A DNA stretch of 46,994 nucleotides from Mycobacterium sp. (GTDB lineage: Bacteria; Actinomycetota; Actinomycetes; Mycobacteriales; Mycobacteriaceae), in the NCBI GenBank assembly GCA_003165155.1, contig PLSK01000251.1, forward strand, positions 1 to 46,994, in the 5' to 3' direction. Positions 1 through 16,382 of the stretch are shown piece after piece (the first letter of the stretch is position 1; every line of letters starts with the position of its first letter). The notes below the pieces were generated by a model. The model searched no databases. It saw only the letters and a program-made list of their open reading frames with translations, and had not been told where the DNA came from. Position numbers and translations under genes: made by a program.

Positions 1-2359
<2,359 letters not shown>

Positions 2360-2390
2360 CTCGGCCAAGGTTAGACCGCGGTTGTCAGAA

Positions 2391-2816
2391 TCAGACGTGC
2401 AGCGCGCTGAATGGCGGAAAGGGAATGTTTCGCACCACAAACCACACCGCCACCAACGACAGCGTCACAACCGCGGCCCAGCGATGGTGTTGCCAGCTCC
2501 TGATCTGGCGGCCCGTCACGCGGCCGTAGGTCCAGGCCAGGTACGCCCACACCAACAATATGGCCGCCAGCAGACCCAGAGCGTTGAACCGGGCGGCCGC
2601 CAATAAATTGCCGTGCATGAGTGAGTACAGCATCCGCGCGGTGCCACATCCCGGACAGTCGATGCCCAACAGGGCCTTCGTTGGGCATAACGGCAGCGGA
2701 CCACCCGGGGTGGTTGGATCACCTACCCACACGGCCGCACAGACGCACGCTGCGGATGCGACCACCAGCAGTGGTGCGCCGAGACTAAGCGGCACCGACC
2801 GTTGGCGGACTATCAC
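2391..2816 (-). CDS. DUF2752-family membrane protein
   Basis: CP...LLGIDCPGCGTARMLYSLMHGNLLAAARFN signature; three hydrophobic segments. Confidence 0.8.
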   Translation of the reverse strand: MIVRQRSVPLSLGAPLLVVASAACVCAAVWVGDPTTPGGPLPLCPTKALLGIDCPGCGTARMLYSLMHGNLLAAARFNALGLLAAILLVWAYLAWTYGRVTGRQIRSWQHHRWAAVVTLSLVAVWFVVRNIPFPPFSALHV

Positions 2817-2839
2817 CCTTGCCTAGCCTAGCCTGGCCC

Positions 2840-3184
2840 TTAAAATGCTGAAAACAGCACGGCCGCAGCCGTATTCGTATCAGAGTTCATGGTCGCCACA
2901 TTGACCCCAATGACGATCACGTTGACGATCAATCCAACGATGACCGACCAGGTCACCCATTTCTTGGCACTGTCGGCGGCAGCCTGAGCCTCCGCGAACT
3001 GGCCTTGCGCCCACAACCCATTAACCGACGCGGACTTGACGATCGCCACGATGCCGAGGGGGAGGCAGCAGAACAGTGTCACCAGGATGGACCACACCAA
3101 ATAGTTCTTCGGCGCTTGCCCTGCGGGCTGCGGCGGCGGGTAAGCGGGTGGTGGTGGCTGTGCAGTCATGGATTCTCCAGTCAA
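2840..3184 (-). CDS. CD225/dispanin-family membrane protein
   Basis: Pro-rich N-terminus then NYLVWSILVTLFCCLPLGIVAIVKS..V...W..G...EAQ..ADSAKKW; the start could be the downstream Met (MTAQPP). Confidence 0.85.
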   Translation of the reverse strand: MTGESMTAQPPPPAYPPPQPAGQAPKNYLVWSILVTLFCCLPLGIVAIVKSASVNGLWAQGQFAEAQAAADSAKKWVTWSVIVGLIVNVIVIGVNVATMNSDTNTAAAVLFSAF

Positions 3185-3272
3185 GAGAAGTTAGCTGGAC
3201 GTACAGCGGTGCCTACCATACCGGACGTGGGTCCCGACGGCGCAGTGCGCGGCGCGCAAATACACTCCTGAG

Positions 3273-3803
3273 ATGTCTCACCTCAGCAATGCGTTGCGCG
3301 CCATGACGGCCGCGGCGCTGATGGGCAGCTTCGCCTGCCTAGGTTCGGCCGCCGCGAGCGCTGACCCCACCACCAGCAACTCGCCAGCTATCACCACCCT
3401 CGCCGCCTCGTTGTCGAAGGGCTACAGCCTTAATAACTGCACTTCGCAGGATGTGACCGGGAGTCAGGCCGGTAGTCAACTGGCCGTGCTCACTTGCGGA
3501 CCAAGCTCCGACTCCGGCGGGCCTGCTCAGGCCAAATACGTTCTTTTCAGCGGTCCCGCCGATCTAGCGGGCTCGTTCAAAGCCAGCATCAAAGACGACA
3601 CCCTGACCGCGTGCGGGGACGCCGGCCAGTCACCGACCCCCTGGCATCAGGGCACCGCCGGCGGGGGAACGGTCGCGTGCGGGACGTACCAAAGCGCCGC
3701 GGAGATCATCTGGACCATTGACGCCAAAAACATATTGGCCTACGTGCGTGCATCCAACAGCGACGTCTCCGCCCTCTACCAGTGGTGGCGGACCAACGGT
3801 TGA
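3273..3803 (+). CDS. Secreted protein resembling the extracytoplasmic C-terminal domain of some mycobacterial Ser/Thr kinases
   Basis: Signal peptide ending AAASA-DP; four mature-region Cys; QSPTPWH and LYQWW motifs; no kinase domain. Confidence 0.65.
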   Translation: MSHLSNALRAMTAAALMGSFACLGSAAASADPTTSNSPAITTLAASLSKGYSLNNCTSQDVTGSQAGSQLAVLTCGPSSDSGGPAQAKYVLFSGPADLAGSFKASIKDDTLTACGDAGQSPTPWHQGTAGGGTVACGTYQSAAEIIWTIDAKNILAYVRASNSDVSALYQWWRTNG

Positions 3804-3813
3804 TCCGCAGGGG

Positions 3814-5553
<1,740 letters not shown>

Positions 5554-5572
5554 AAGACGATCACCAGACTGA

Positions 5573-6580
5573 TTACCACCGTGATCCGACCGGAAGAAGC
5601 TCGGAGACAATCTGTTCGGCTGTCCACGGCGCCAGCAGAAATCCAGATCGGCCGTGACCGGCGGCAACAAGAGTACGTTCGTCCAGGCGTTGCACGAGGG
5701 GCAGATTATCGGGCGTCATCGGGCGTAGCCCGGCGGCACACTCGGCCAGCTCGTACTCACCCAGACCCGGCAGCACCGCACAAGCGTCGTCGAGCAGGTC
5801 GCGCACTCCCGACACGACCGGCGCGGTGTCGCGGCCATGCTCATACTGGGTGGCGCCGACAACGACGCCGTCAGCGCGCGGAACCAGATACACCTGCCGA
5901 CCGTGCACTCGGGCGCGAATAACCCTCTGCGGCAACGGCATGCAACCGTCTCTCCAACGCAGCCGCAGCACCTCGCCCTTCACCGGTCGCACCGGCAGGC
6001 CTGGCCATAGCGTAGGGGCGTCGATGCCGTTCGCTATCACCACCATGTCGCCCTCAACATCGGACAGGGCGTTAATCGGGGGCGCCCATCGAACTCCTCG
6101 ACGCTCGCAGTCCAGGGACAGCGCGTCGAGGACCGCGCGGTTGTCCACTGCCAGTTCGGTTGGCGCCCGAAAGCCGTGCCGTATCCCTTGTGCCAGCAGG
6201 GGTTCGACGTCGCGGGCGGCCGACTCCCAGATCACCGGGTGCCCCTGGGTGGACAACCAGTCCGCAACGGTCCGCAGGTCGGCGACATCGGCCTGGTCGA
6301 CGGCCACCACCAGCGACTCGCGGGCGGTAACCACCCCCGGCGGCAGTCCGTCCAGAAAACCGCCCTCGCGCCACAGCCGCAGCGACTCCAGACCCAGCCG
6401 CAGCAACCGCTCTTCGCCGGGCCAACCTTCGCTGTGTGGGGCCAGCATGCCGCCGGCGACCCAGGACGCGCCTCGATCGCCGGTCCTGTGTAGCTGCACA
6501 GACCACCCGGCCTGTGCCGCCCGGCGCGCCACCGACAGCCCGATGACACCGCCGCCGATGACAGCGAGCGACCCCGACAT
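5573..6580 (-). CDS. thiO: Glycine oxidase
   Basis: VIGGGVIG FAD motif, ASWVAGGMLAP, VKGEVL, GLRPMTPD, GHGRSG. Confidence 0.95.
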   Translation of the reverse strand: MSGSLAVIGGGVIGLSVARRAAQAGWSVQLHRTGDRGASWVAGGMLAPHSEGWPGEERLLRLGLESLRLWREGGFLDGLPPGVVTARESLVVAVDQADVADLRTVADWLSTQGHPVIWESAARDVEPLLAQGIRHGFRAPTELAVDNRAVLDALSLDCERRGVRWAPPINALSDVEGDMVVIANGIDAPTLWPGLPVRPVKGEVLRLRWRDGCMPLPQRVIRARVHGRQVYLVPRADGVVVGATQYEHGRDTAPVVSGVRDLLDDACAVLPGLGEYELAECAAGLRPMTPDNLPLVQRLDERTLVAAGHGRSGFLLAPWTAEQIVSELLPVGSRW

Positions 6581-6585
6581 GAGTT

Positions 6586-6716
6586 GGCCTCCCTTCGCCG
6601 GCATGACCCGGATCAGGTGTGACGGTAAGGGCAGGTCCAGGTTGCAAGCTGGCTTGCAAAATGGTTTAGCCCACTCTCAGCCCCGCAGAAACTCCGCCCG
6701 GGACTCCCGTGTTGCC
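6586..6716 (-). ncRNA. TPP riboswitch upstream of thiO-thiS-thiG (boundaries approximate)
   Basis: Minus strand reads GGGAG...GGGCTGAGAG...CCCTTACCGTCACACCTGATCCGGGTCATGCCGGCGAAGGGAGG, the TPP aptamer consensus. The thiO Shine-Dalgarno GGGAGG is in its 3' end. Confidence 0.93.
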
Positions 6717-6744
6717 TCTACACGCTAGCGGCTAGCGTCGCCGT

Positions 6745-7419
6745 GTGCACGAACCCCGTCTCGCCCGACTAACCACGGCACAGCTGTATCTGTGCACCGA
6801 TGCCCGGCGTGAACGCGGTGATCTGGCCGAGTTCGCCGATGCCGCGCTGGCCGGCGGCGTCGACATCGTCCAGCTGCGTGACAAGGGTTCGGTCGGTGAG
6901 CAGCGGTTCGGCCCGCTCGAAGCGGGCGACGAGTTGGCGGCGCTCGAGGTCCTCGCCGACGCCGCCCGGCGCCATCGCGCCCTTTTCGCGGTCAACGACC
7001 GCGCCGATATCGCCCGCGCCGCCGGCGCCGACGTGTTGCATCTGGGGCAGGGCGACCTTCCGCTGGACGTAGCGCGGGAGATCGTCGGGCCGGGCTGCCT
7101 AATCGGCCTGTCCACCCATGACGGGGAGCAGGTGGCCGCGGCCGGGGCCGCGAACGTCGACTATTTCTGCGTCGGCCCCTGCTGGCCCACCCCGACCAAA
7201 CCAGGCCGCGCGGCCCCGGGCCTGCATCTGGTGAGGCGCGCCGCCGAAATCACCACCGGCAAACCCTGGTTCGCGATCGGCGGTATCGACGCGGACCGGC
7301 TGCCCGCCGTGCTCGACGCCGGTGCCCGACGGGTCGTGGTGGTGCGTGCCATCACCGCGGCCGACGACCCGCGGGCCGCGGCCGAACGTCTCAAGTCGGC
7401 GCTTGCAGCAGCGAGCTGA
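6745..7419 (+). CDS. thiE: Thiamine-phosphate synthase
   Basis: LYLCTD, QLRDK, NDRADIA, HLGQGD, STH, TPTK, AIGGI motifs. Confidence 0.96.
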   Translation: MHEPRLARLTTAQLYLCTDARRERGDLAEFADAALAGGVDIVQLRDKGSVGEQRFGPLEAGDELAALEVLADAARRHRALFAVNDRADIARAAGADVLHLGQGDLPLDVAREIVGPGCLIGLSTHDGEQVAAAGAANVDYFCVGPCWPTPTKPGRAAPGLHLVRRAAEITTGKPWFAIGGIDADRLPAVLDAGARRVVVVRAITAADDPRAAAERLKSALAAAS

Positions 7420-8023
7420 TCCGAAGACTCAGTTGCGACGGCGCGTGACCGGCGTCGCCGGGCATGCACCAGACGAAGACTCCGGCCTCGATCTCCATGG
7501 TGCGCGGCAAGCGCCGGCGCCGTTCGTCCTCCTCGCCCAATGGAACCAGCGCCCGGGAGGTGCGCAGGCGCTGCCAGCTGGCGGCAAAGGCGGGATGCAG
7601 CGGGAGCTGCGCCACCTCGTTCTCGCCAACCCAGCGCAGTTCGGCGCTTTCCCGGTTGGGCACCGTCTGCAGCAGCTCGCCGGCGTCGGCGACGACGGTG
7701 GTGTAGGTCCACGCCATACCGCCGATCCCGGCCACCTCAGACGTGACCACCGTCCCTCGCACCGACAGCCGGTCGGCCGTCAGCCCGGCCTCTTCGCGGG
7801 CTTCACGGACCGCGGTCTCCTCGGCGGTCTCGTGGCTGTCTCGAGCACCGCCCGGCAAACTCCAGGTGCCGCCCTGATGGCTCCACACTGCCCGATGCTG
7901 CAGTAAGACCGCGGGGGTGCCGTCGGGCCGCGGGGCACGTAGCAATAGACCAGCCGCGCCATGCCGGCCCCAGAAGTGAGCGCCGTTGTCGGATACCACC
8001 CATCCGTCACCGTCGCCATGCAC
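7391..8023 (-). CDS. mutT3: NUDIX hydrolase, MutT3-like
   Basis: Nudix box [24 protein letters not shown]; position between thiE and glnX. Confidence 0.88.
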   Translation of the reverse strand: MHGDGDGWVVSDNGAHFWGRHGAAGLLLRAPRPDGTPAVLLQHRAVWSHQGGTWSLPGGARDSHETAEETAVREAREEAGLTADRLSVRGTVVTSEVAGIGGMAWTYTTVVADAGELLQTVPNRESAELRWVGENEVAQLPLHPAFAASWQRLRTSRALVPLGEEDERRRRLPRTMEIEAGVFVWCMPGDAGHAPSQLSLRISSLLQAPT

Positions 8024-8179
8024 GAGTTCAGGATATGCGGGGCCCGGATCGAGAACGAACGCGACGCGAACCGGTTAATCCGAGCAATATGAGTCGGCCT
8101 CCCCCCATCTACCGGAACCTGCTCTTAGAATTCGCTTATAGAGTTCGTTTGACGACCGAGAGATGAGGTCTGAACAGAC

Positions 8180-9498
8180 GTGACGGTTGAGCTGGCGCAC
8201 CCGTCGACCGAGCCGCTGGGGTCGCGGTCACCGGTCGAGCCGGCTCATCCCCGCTGGTGGTTCATCTCGACGACGCCGGGCCGCATCCTTGCCGTCGGGA
8301 TCGTTCTGGCGGCCCTGGGTGTCGGCAGCGCGTTCGCCACCTCGACGACCATCAACCACCGGCAGCAAGTGCTGACGACGGTGCTCAACCACACCGAGCC
8401 GCTGTCATTCGCCGCCGGGAGGCTCTACACCACGCTGTCCGTGGCCGACGCCGCGGCGGCCACCGCGTTCATTGCCCAGGCTGAACCCCGCCCGGTCCGG
8501 CTTCGCTACGAGCAGGCCATCACCGACGCTGCGGTGGCCGTGACCAGGGCGTCAAGCGGGCTGACCGACGAACCACTGGTGCAGTTGCTGGGCAAGATCA
8601 ATGCCGAATTGGGCGTCTATACCGGGCTGATCGAGATCGCGCGCACCAACAACCGGGAAGGCAACCCGGTCGGATCGTCCTACCTGTCCGAGGCGTCGGG
8701 TCTGATGCAGTCGACGATCCTGCCGGACGCGGCGCAGCTCTACCAAGCGACCTCCGCGCGGGTGGACACCGAGACCACCGCCTCGACCGAGATCCCGGCC
8801 CCGGTGATCCTGGTCCTGCTGACGACTGTGGTGTTCGGCGCGTTCTCCCATCGCTGGCTGGCCCGGCGCACCAGGCGCCGAATCAATCCAGGTCTGGTCG
8901 TTGGCGCGCTCGGTATCCTTGTCATGGTGGTGTGGATGGCAATTGCGCTGACGATCTCCACGACGGCCAGTCGGAGCGCCAAAGTCACCGCCGCCGAGTC
9001 GCTCAAGACCGTTACCAATGTCGCGATCACCGCCCAGCAAGCACGAGCCGACGAAACGCTGTCGCTGATCCGGCGCGGCGATGAGCAGGTCCGGAAGGAA
9101 TCCTTCTACCAGCGGATCGACTCCATGCACCAACAGCTCGACCGCTACATGGCCCGCAGTGATGCCGTCGACAAAGCCGACTTGCAAGGCGCCGACCAGC
9201 TGCTGGTCCGCTGGCGGCAGGCCAACGACAGGATCAACACATACATCTCGGTGGGCAATTATCGGGCCGCCACCCAGGTCGCGCTGGGCTCCGGTGAGGA
9301 CGACTCCACTCCCGCATTCGACAAGCTCGAAGACGGCCTGGGCAAGGCCATGGACCAAAGCCGGACCCAGCTGCGCAACGACGTCCTCAACGCGCGCAGC
9401 GGACTGTCCGGCGCCCAAGTCGGCGGCGTGGTGCTCAGCCTGAGTGCGGCCATCGCGGTCGCCCTCGGCCTGTGGCCCCGACTGAAGGAGTATCGGTG

Positions 9499-9499
<1 letters not shown>
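8180..9499 (+). CDS. glnX: Membrane protein GlnX (Rv0412c-like) of the PknG signalling operon
   Basis: Four TM segments with helical extracellular domains; first gene of glnX-glnH-pknG. Confidence 0.85.
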
Positions 9500-12740
<3,241 letters not shown>

Positions 12741-12807
12741 CCCGCGTCGAGTGTGCGTCCAGGGCGGAAAATTCGCCGAGATCCCACCCTCAGTGCACGC
12801 TCAAAGC
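12741..12807 (+). repeat. REP-like imperfect hairpin, copy 1 (CGTC-tagged)
   Basis: cccgCGTCgagtgtgcgtccagggcgg...caccctcagtgcacgctcaaagc: arms gagtgtgc..agggcg and caccct..gcacgctc pair. Its reverse complement aligns without gaps to 13738-13804. Confidence 0.8.
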
Positions 12808-12809
12808 CT

Positions 12810-13664
12810 TTACCGCACACTAGAAGCCGCGATCGCCGCCTCCACCCGACGCAGAACGCGAGCCGGGCTATCCTCTGCCACAACCCGGACGATGATCCAG
12901 CCCATCTCTTCGAGCATCTCCAGCCGGCGTATGTCTTTGACGTACTGGTGCCGATCGGTCCGATGATGGTCCCCGTCATATTCCACCCCGACCATCCAGT
13001 CCTGCCAGCCCAAGTCGAGGTAGGCGACCGGAATGCCGTCGACACCGAGCACCGGTATCTGAGTCTGCGGCCGCGGGAATCCGGCATCGATGATAAGTAG
13101 CCGCAGGTAACTCTCCCGCGGCGACTGCGCACCCGGGTCGACCAGGTCCAGCGCAGTCTCCAATGCTCGCAGCCCCGGCGAGCGCGGATGCGCCTGCGCA
13201 ACACTGAGCACGTCGTCGACCTTGAAGCCGGTTGCGCGTGCGAGGGCATCCAGCCGCGCGACCGCTGAATGGACAGCACCGCGCCGGCCGATATCGAAAG
13301 CAGTCCGCTCGGGCGTTGTCACGGCACACCCTGCCAAAACCTGAGCCTCGCCGTCAGCCAACGCATCTCGCCGAATCACCACGCCGTGGGGCGAACGGGT
13401 GCTGCCGCAGATCAACTCGACCGGAACATTTTCAGGAATCCACTTGGCGCCGTGTAACGCCGCGGCGGCGGCACCTGCGATGGTCGCCCCGCGGTTGCAC
13501 CAGAGCCAGGCTGCCGCGATGCGCAGCTCAAGCGAGGGCTGGAGGTCTTTTCCGACGTAGACGTTCGGAAACACCGCGCGGTAACGCGTCCGCAACTGAT
13601 GCCGGCTCAACGCGCCACACGCCAACGCCTCGCTGCCGATGAATGGTTCCCCCGCACACTCCAT
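12810..13664 (-). CDS. DUF559/AbiEi-like putative endonuclease (Rv3714c/Rv1073-type family)
   Basis: PFIGSEAL start, TTPERTAFD, AQSPRESYLR, PQTQIPV, AYLDLGW, GVEYDGDHH..D..QYVKD..R...GW..VRV (Vsr/PD-(D/E)xK-like C-terminus). Confidence 0.85.
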   Translation of the reverse strand: MECAGEPFIGSEALACGALSRHQLRTRYRAVFPNVYVGKDLQPSLELRIAAAWLWCNRGATIAGAAAAALHGAKWIPENVPVELICGSTRSPHGVVIRRDALADGEAQVLAGCAVTTPERTAFDIGRRGAVHSAVARLDALARATGFKVDDVLSVAQAHPRSPGLRALETALDLVDPGAQSPRESYLRLLIIDAGFPRPQTQIPVLGVDGIPVAYLDLGWQDWMVGVEYDGDHHRTDRHQYVKDIRRLEMLEEMGWIIVRVVAEDSPARVLRRVEAAIAASSVR

Positions 13665-13714
13665 CTTGCGAACAATCCCACGGAGGCGAGGACTCTGATT
13701 ACGGCTATCCACAA

Positions 13715-13731
13715 CCCGCGTCGAGTGTGCG
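13715..13731 (+). repeat. 17-bp exact direct repeat of the left arm of REP-like copy 1
   Basis: cccgcgtcgagtgtgcg at both 12741-12757 and 13715-13731. Confidence 0.85.
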
Positions 13732-13737
13732 CTGGCG

Positions 13738-13804
13738 GCTTCGAAAGTGCACTGAGGGCGGCGTATAGGCGATTTTCTCACCCTGCAAACACACTCGAGG
13801 CGCC
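13738..13804 (-). repeat. REP-like imperfect hairpin, copy 2 (inverted relative to copy 1)
   Basis: gcttcgaaagtgcactgagggcggcgtataggcgattttctcaccctgcaaacacactcgaggcgcc versus reverse complement of copy 1 gctttgagcgtgcactgagggtgggatctcggcgaattttccgccctggacgcacactcgacgcggg. Confidence 0.8.
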
Positions 13805-13875
13805 TGTGGGCTGGGGCTCAAGAAGATCGCAAGCCGATTCAGCCAATTTTCAGCTACCGGCCGCACAGTTATCGC

Positions 13876-15180
13876 ATGGCGGGGCAGTCCACACAGTGGG
13901 TCGCCACGGCCCGCGTGCTACGGCGGGCCGGGTTTGGGGTGACCGGGCCCGAGGTGGATGCTGCGGTTACCCGCCCCTGGCCGGCATACGTCGACGCAAT
14001 GCTGGCCGCGGATCCCGATGCCGACCCGGGTGCCGCCGCTGCCCCGATGCCGTCGCTGGCCGAACCTCGTCCCGTTGGCAAAAGGGCAACACAAGGGGCC
14101 CGCAAGCAATACAACCAGCAGCTGTCCGAACAGCAAGGCGTGCTGTCGGATTGGTGGCTGCGCCGCATGACAACCGTTGACCAGCCGATCCACGAGAAGT
14201 TGACTCTGTTGTGGCACAACCACTTTGCCACCTCGGCAGAGAAGGTTCGCAGCGCGGCGCACATGGCGGCGCAGAATCAGAAGCTGCGCACCCTCGCACT
14301 GGGCGATTTCGGCAACCTGGCCTACACAATGCTGACCGACGCCGCAATGTTGCGCTGGCTGGACGGGCAGAGCAATACCGCCAAGGCCCCCAATGAAAAC
14401 CTCGCGCGCGAATTCATGGAGCTGTTCGCACTGGGCCACGGAAACGGGTACACCGAGGAAGACGTCCGCGACGGTGCCCGGGCGCTAACGGGATGGGTCA
14501 TCGGCGCCGACGGCCGAACCTCGATGATCCCCAAACGCCACGACGGCAGTGCCAAAACGCTGTTCGGCCTCACCCGCAATTTCGACGCGGCCGAATTCTG
14601 CGACACCGTGCTGGCGCAGCCTAAGTCGGCGGAATACGTCGCCGGACGCCTGTGGCAGCAACTGGCCTCCGACGATCCGCCCTCACCTCAGGCGTTAGGC
14701 CGGATCGTCTCGGCCTACGGAACCGGTCGCGATCTGCGGGCGCTGACCCAGGCGATCCTTACCGACGAAGAGTTCACCGGAGGCCGGGCCACCGTGGTCA
14801 ACACCCCAATCGAATGGCTAGTCGGCGTAATCCGGGCCCTGCGGGTGCCCGCCCAGCCCAAGATGGTCCACGCGACGCTGCGAACGCTGGGGCAGCGACC
14901 GTTCTACCCACCCAGCGTCGGCGGCTGGCCAAGCGGGCAGGTCTGGCTGTCCACCGCCAGCGCCGGGGCGCGGCTGCACGCAGCGATCCAGTTGGCGCAC
15001 GCCGGGGACCTGTCCAGCATCGAGAGCGTCGCAGCCGGAGATCGCATCGATGCGGTCGGATATCTGATCGGCGTCGGAGCGTGGTCGGACCGCACGGTCG
15101 AGGCGCTGGAGCCCCTGCTGCACCAACCGCCGCAGTTGGTCGCAGCCGCGGTCAACACGCCCGAATACCTGACGTCCTAG
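13876..15180 (+). CDS. DUF1800-family protein
   Basis: LRRAGFG, EKLTLLWHNHFATS, MLRWLD, PNENLAREFMELFALG, PPSVGGW motifs. Confidence 0.9.
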   Translation: MAGQSTQWVATARVLRRAGFGVTGPEVDAAVTRPWPAYVDAMLAADPDADPGAAAAPMPSLAEPRPVGKRATQGARKQYNQQLSEQQGVLSDWWLRRMTTVDQPIHEKLTLLWHNHFATSAEKVRSAAHMAAQNQKLRTLALGDFGNLAYTMLTDAAMLRWLDGQSNTAKAPNENLAREFMELFALGHGNGYTEEDVRDGARALTGWVIGADGRTSMIPKRHDGSAKTLFGLTRNFDAAEFCDTVLAQPKSAEYVAGRLWQQLASDDPPSPQALGRIVSAYGTGRDLRALTQAILTDEEFTGGRATVVNTPIEWLVGVIRALRVPAQPKMVHATLRTLGQRPFYPPSVGGWPSGQVWLSTASAGARLHAAIQLAHAGDLSSIESVAAGDRIDAVGYLIGVGAWSDRTVEALEPLLHQPPQLVAAAVNTPEYLTS

Positions 15181-15191
15181 CGAGACTGACC

Positions 15192-16382
15192 ATGCCGGAG
15201 ATCAATCGCCGCAAATTCCTCATCGCCAGCGCGGGCGCGGGCGCGGCCGGCCTGCTGTCCGGGGCGGTGGCGATCAGCTGGCCGGACCTGATGCGCGCGG
15301 CGCAGGACCGGCCGCTGCCCGCCAATGCCGGCGTCCTGGTGATCGTCTCCCTGTACGGCGGCAACGACGGCATCAACACTCTGATCCCATACGCCGACAA
15401 CGCATATCACGATGACCGGCCTGAACTCGCCTACGCGCCGGGTGATGTCCTACACCTCGATCAGCACCTGGGTCTCAACCCCGCGATGCGGGGTCTGGCT
15501 CAACTGTGGAGCCAGCGGCAGCTGGCGGTCGTGCGCGGCGTGAGCTACCCGCAACCCGACCACAGCCACTTCCGGTCCATGGATATCTGGCAGACGGCGT
15601 CCCCGTCCGAGCCGGTCCCGACGGGCTGGATCGGCCGCTGGCTCGACGCCGGCGGCGACGACCCGTTGCGCGCGGTCAACATCGGAGCGGTCCTGCCCCC
15701 GCTGGCGGTCGGTGCGAAATACACCGCGGCAGCGCTTTCCACCGGCGCCCGGCCGGCCAATGCGGAAAAGTTCGGCTCCATCATGAGTGCGCTGGGTAAC
15801 GATGATCCAAGCGACACCGTGGCGATGGCCGCGGTTTGCAAGGCCTACCGCGCCGCACGCACCACCGATGCGACCTTCGCGTCCGTCAAACCGGATACCG
15901 AGAAACATAATTCGCTCTCCACCCAACTGAGCGTGGTGGCCAACGCGGTCAAGGCTCGTGTCCCGACGCGGGTGTACACAGTGCAACTCGGCGGGTTCGA
16001 CACACACGCCAACGAGCGCGAAACCCAGCAGCGGCTGCTGCAGACATTCGACACGGCCGTCAGCGGATTCCTGCAGGATATGGCGGGTGACCCTTACGGC
16101 AAGAACGTGGTCCTGCTGGCATATTCGGAGTTCGGCCGAAGAGTGCGCGCGAATGCTTCCCAGGGCACCGATCACGGCACCGCCGGTCCCGTTTTCGTCG
16201 CGGGCGCACCAGTGCAGGGCGGGTTCTACGGTGAGGAGCCCAGCCTCACCGACCTCCACAACGGAGACCTCAAGTTCAGCACCGACTTTCGCGACATCTA
16301 CTACGAGCTGCTGTTGCGGACCGTCGGGACTGATCCCACACCGTCGGTCGGCACCGGACGCACCAGCCTGGGCTTCTTATAG
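15192..16382 (+). CDS. DUF1501-family protein with Tat signal peptide
   Basis: INRRKFL twin-arginine signal; [41 protein letters not shown] motifs; 11 bp downstream of DUF1800. Confidence 0.9.
   Translation: MPEINRRKFLIASAGAGAAGLLSGAVAISWPDLMRAAQDRPLPANAGVLVIVSLYGGNDGINTLIPYADNAYHDDRPELAYAPGDVLHLDQHLGLNPAMRGLAQLWSQRQLAVVRGVSYPQPDHSHFRSMDIWQTASPSEPVPTGWIGRWLDAGGDDPLRAVNIGAVLPPLAVGAKYTAAALSTGARPANAEKFGSIMSALGNDDPSDTVAMAAVCKAYRAARTTDATFASVKPDTEKHNSLSTQLSVVANAVKARVPTRVYTVQLGGFDTHANERETQQRLLQTFDTAVSGFLQDMAGDPYGKNVVLLAYSEFGRRVRANASQGTDHGTAGPVFVAGAPVQGGFYGEEPSLTDLHNGDLKFSTDFRDIYYELLLRTVGTDPTPSVGTGRTSLGFL

Noticed and set aside
2821-2840. gccta/gcctg 5-bp repeats between DUF2752 and CD225
   Set aside because: Too short and degenerate to distinguish from chance.
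12810-13664. DUF559 gene as a type IV toxin-antitoxin (AbiE) antitoxin
   Set aside because: No adjacent AbiEii nucleotidyltransferase toxin gene.
14652-15191. N-terminal extension of the DUF1501 ORF
   Set aside because: Overlaps DUF1800 in another frame; the Tat signal begins at ATG 15192.
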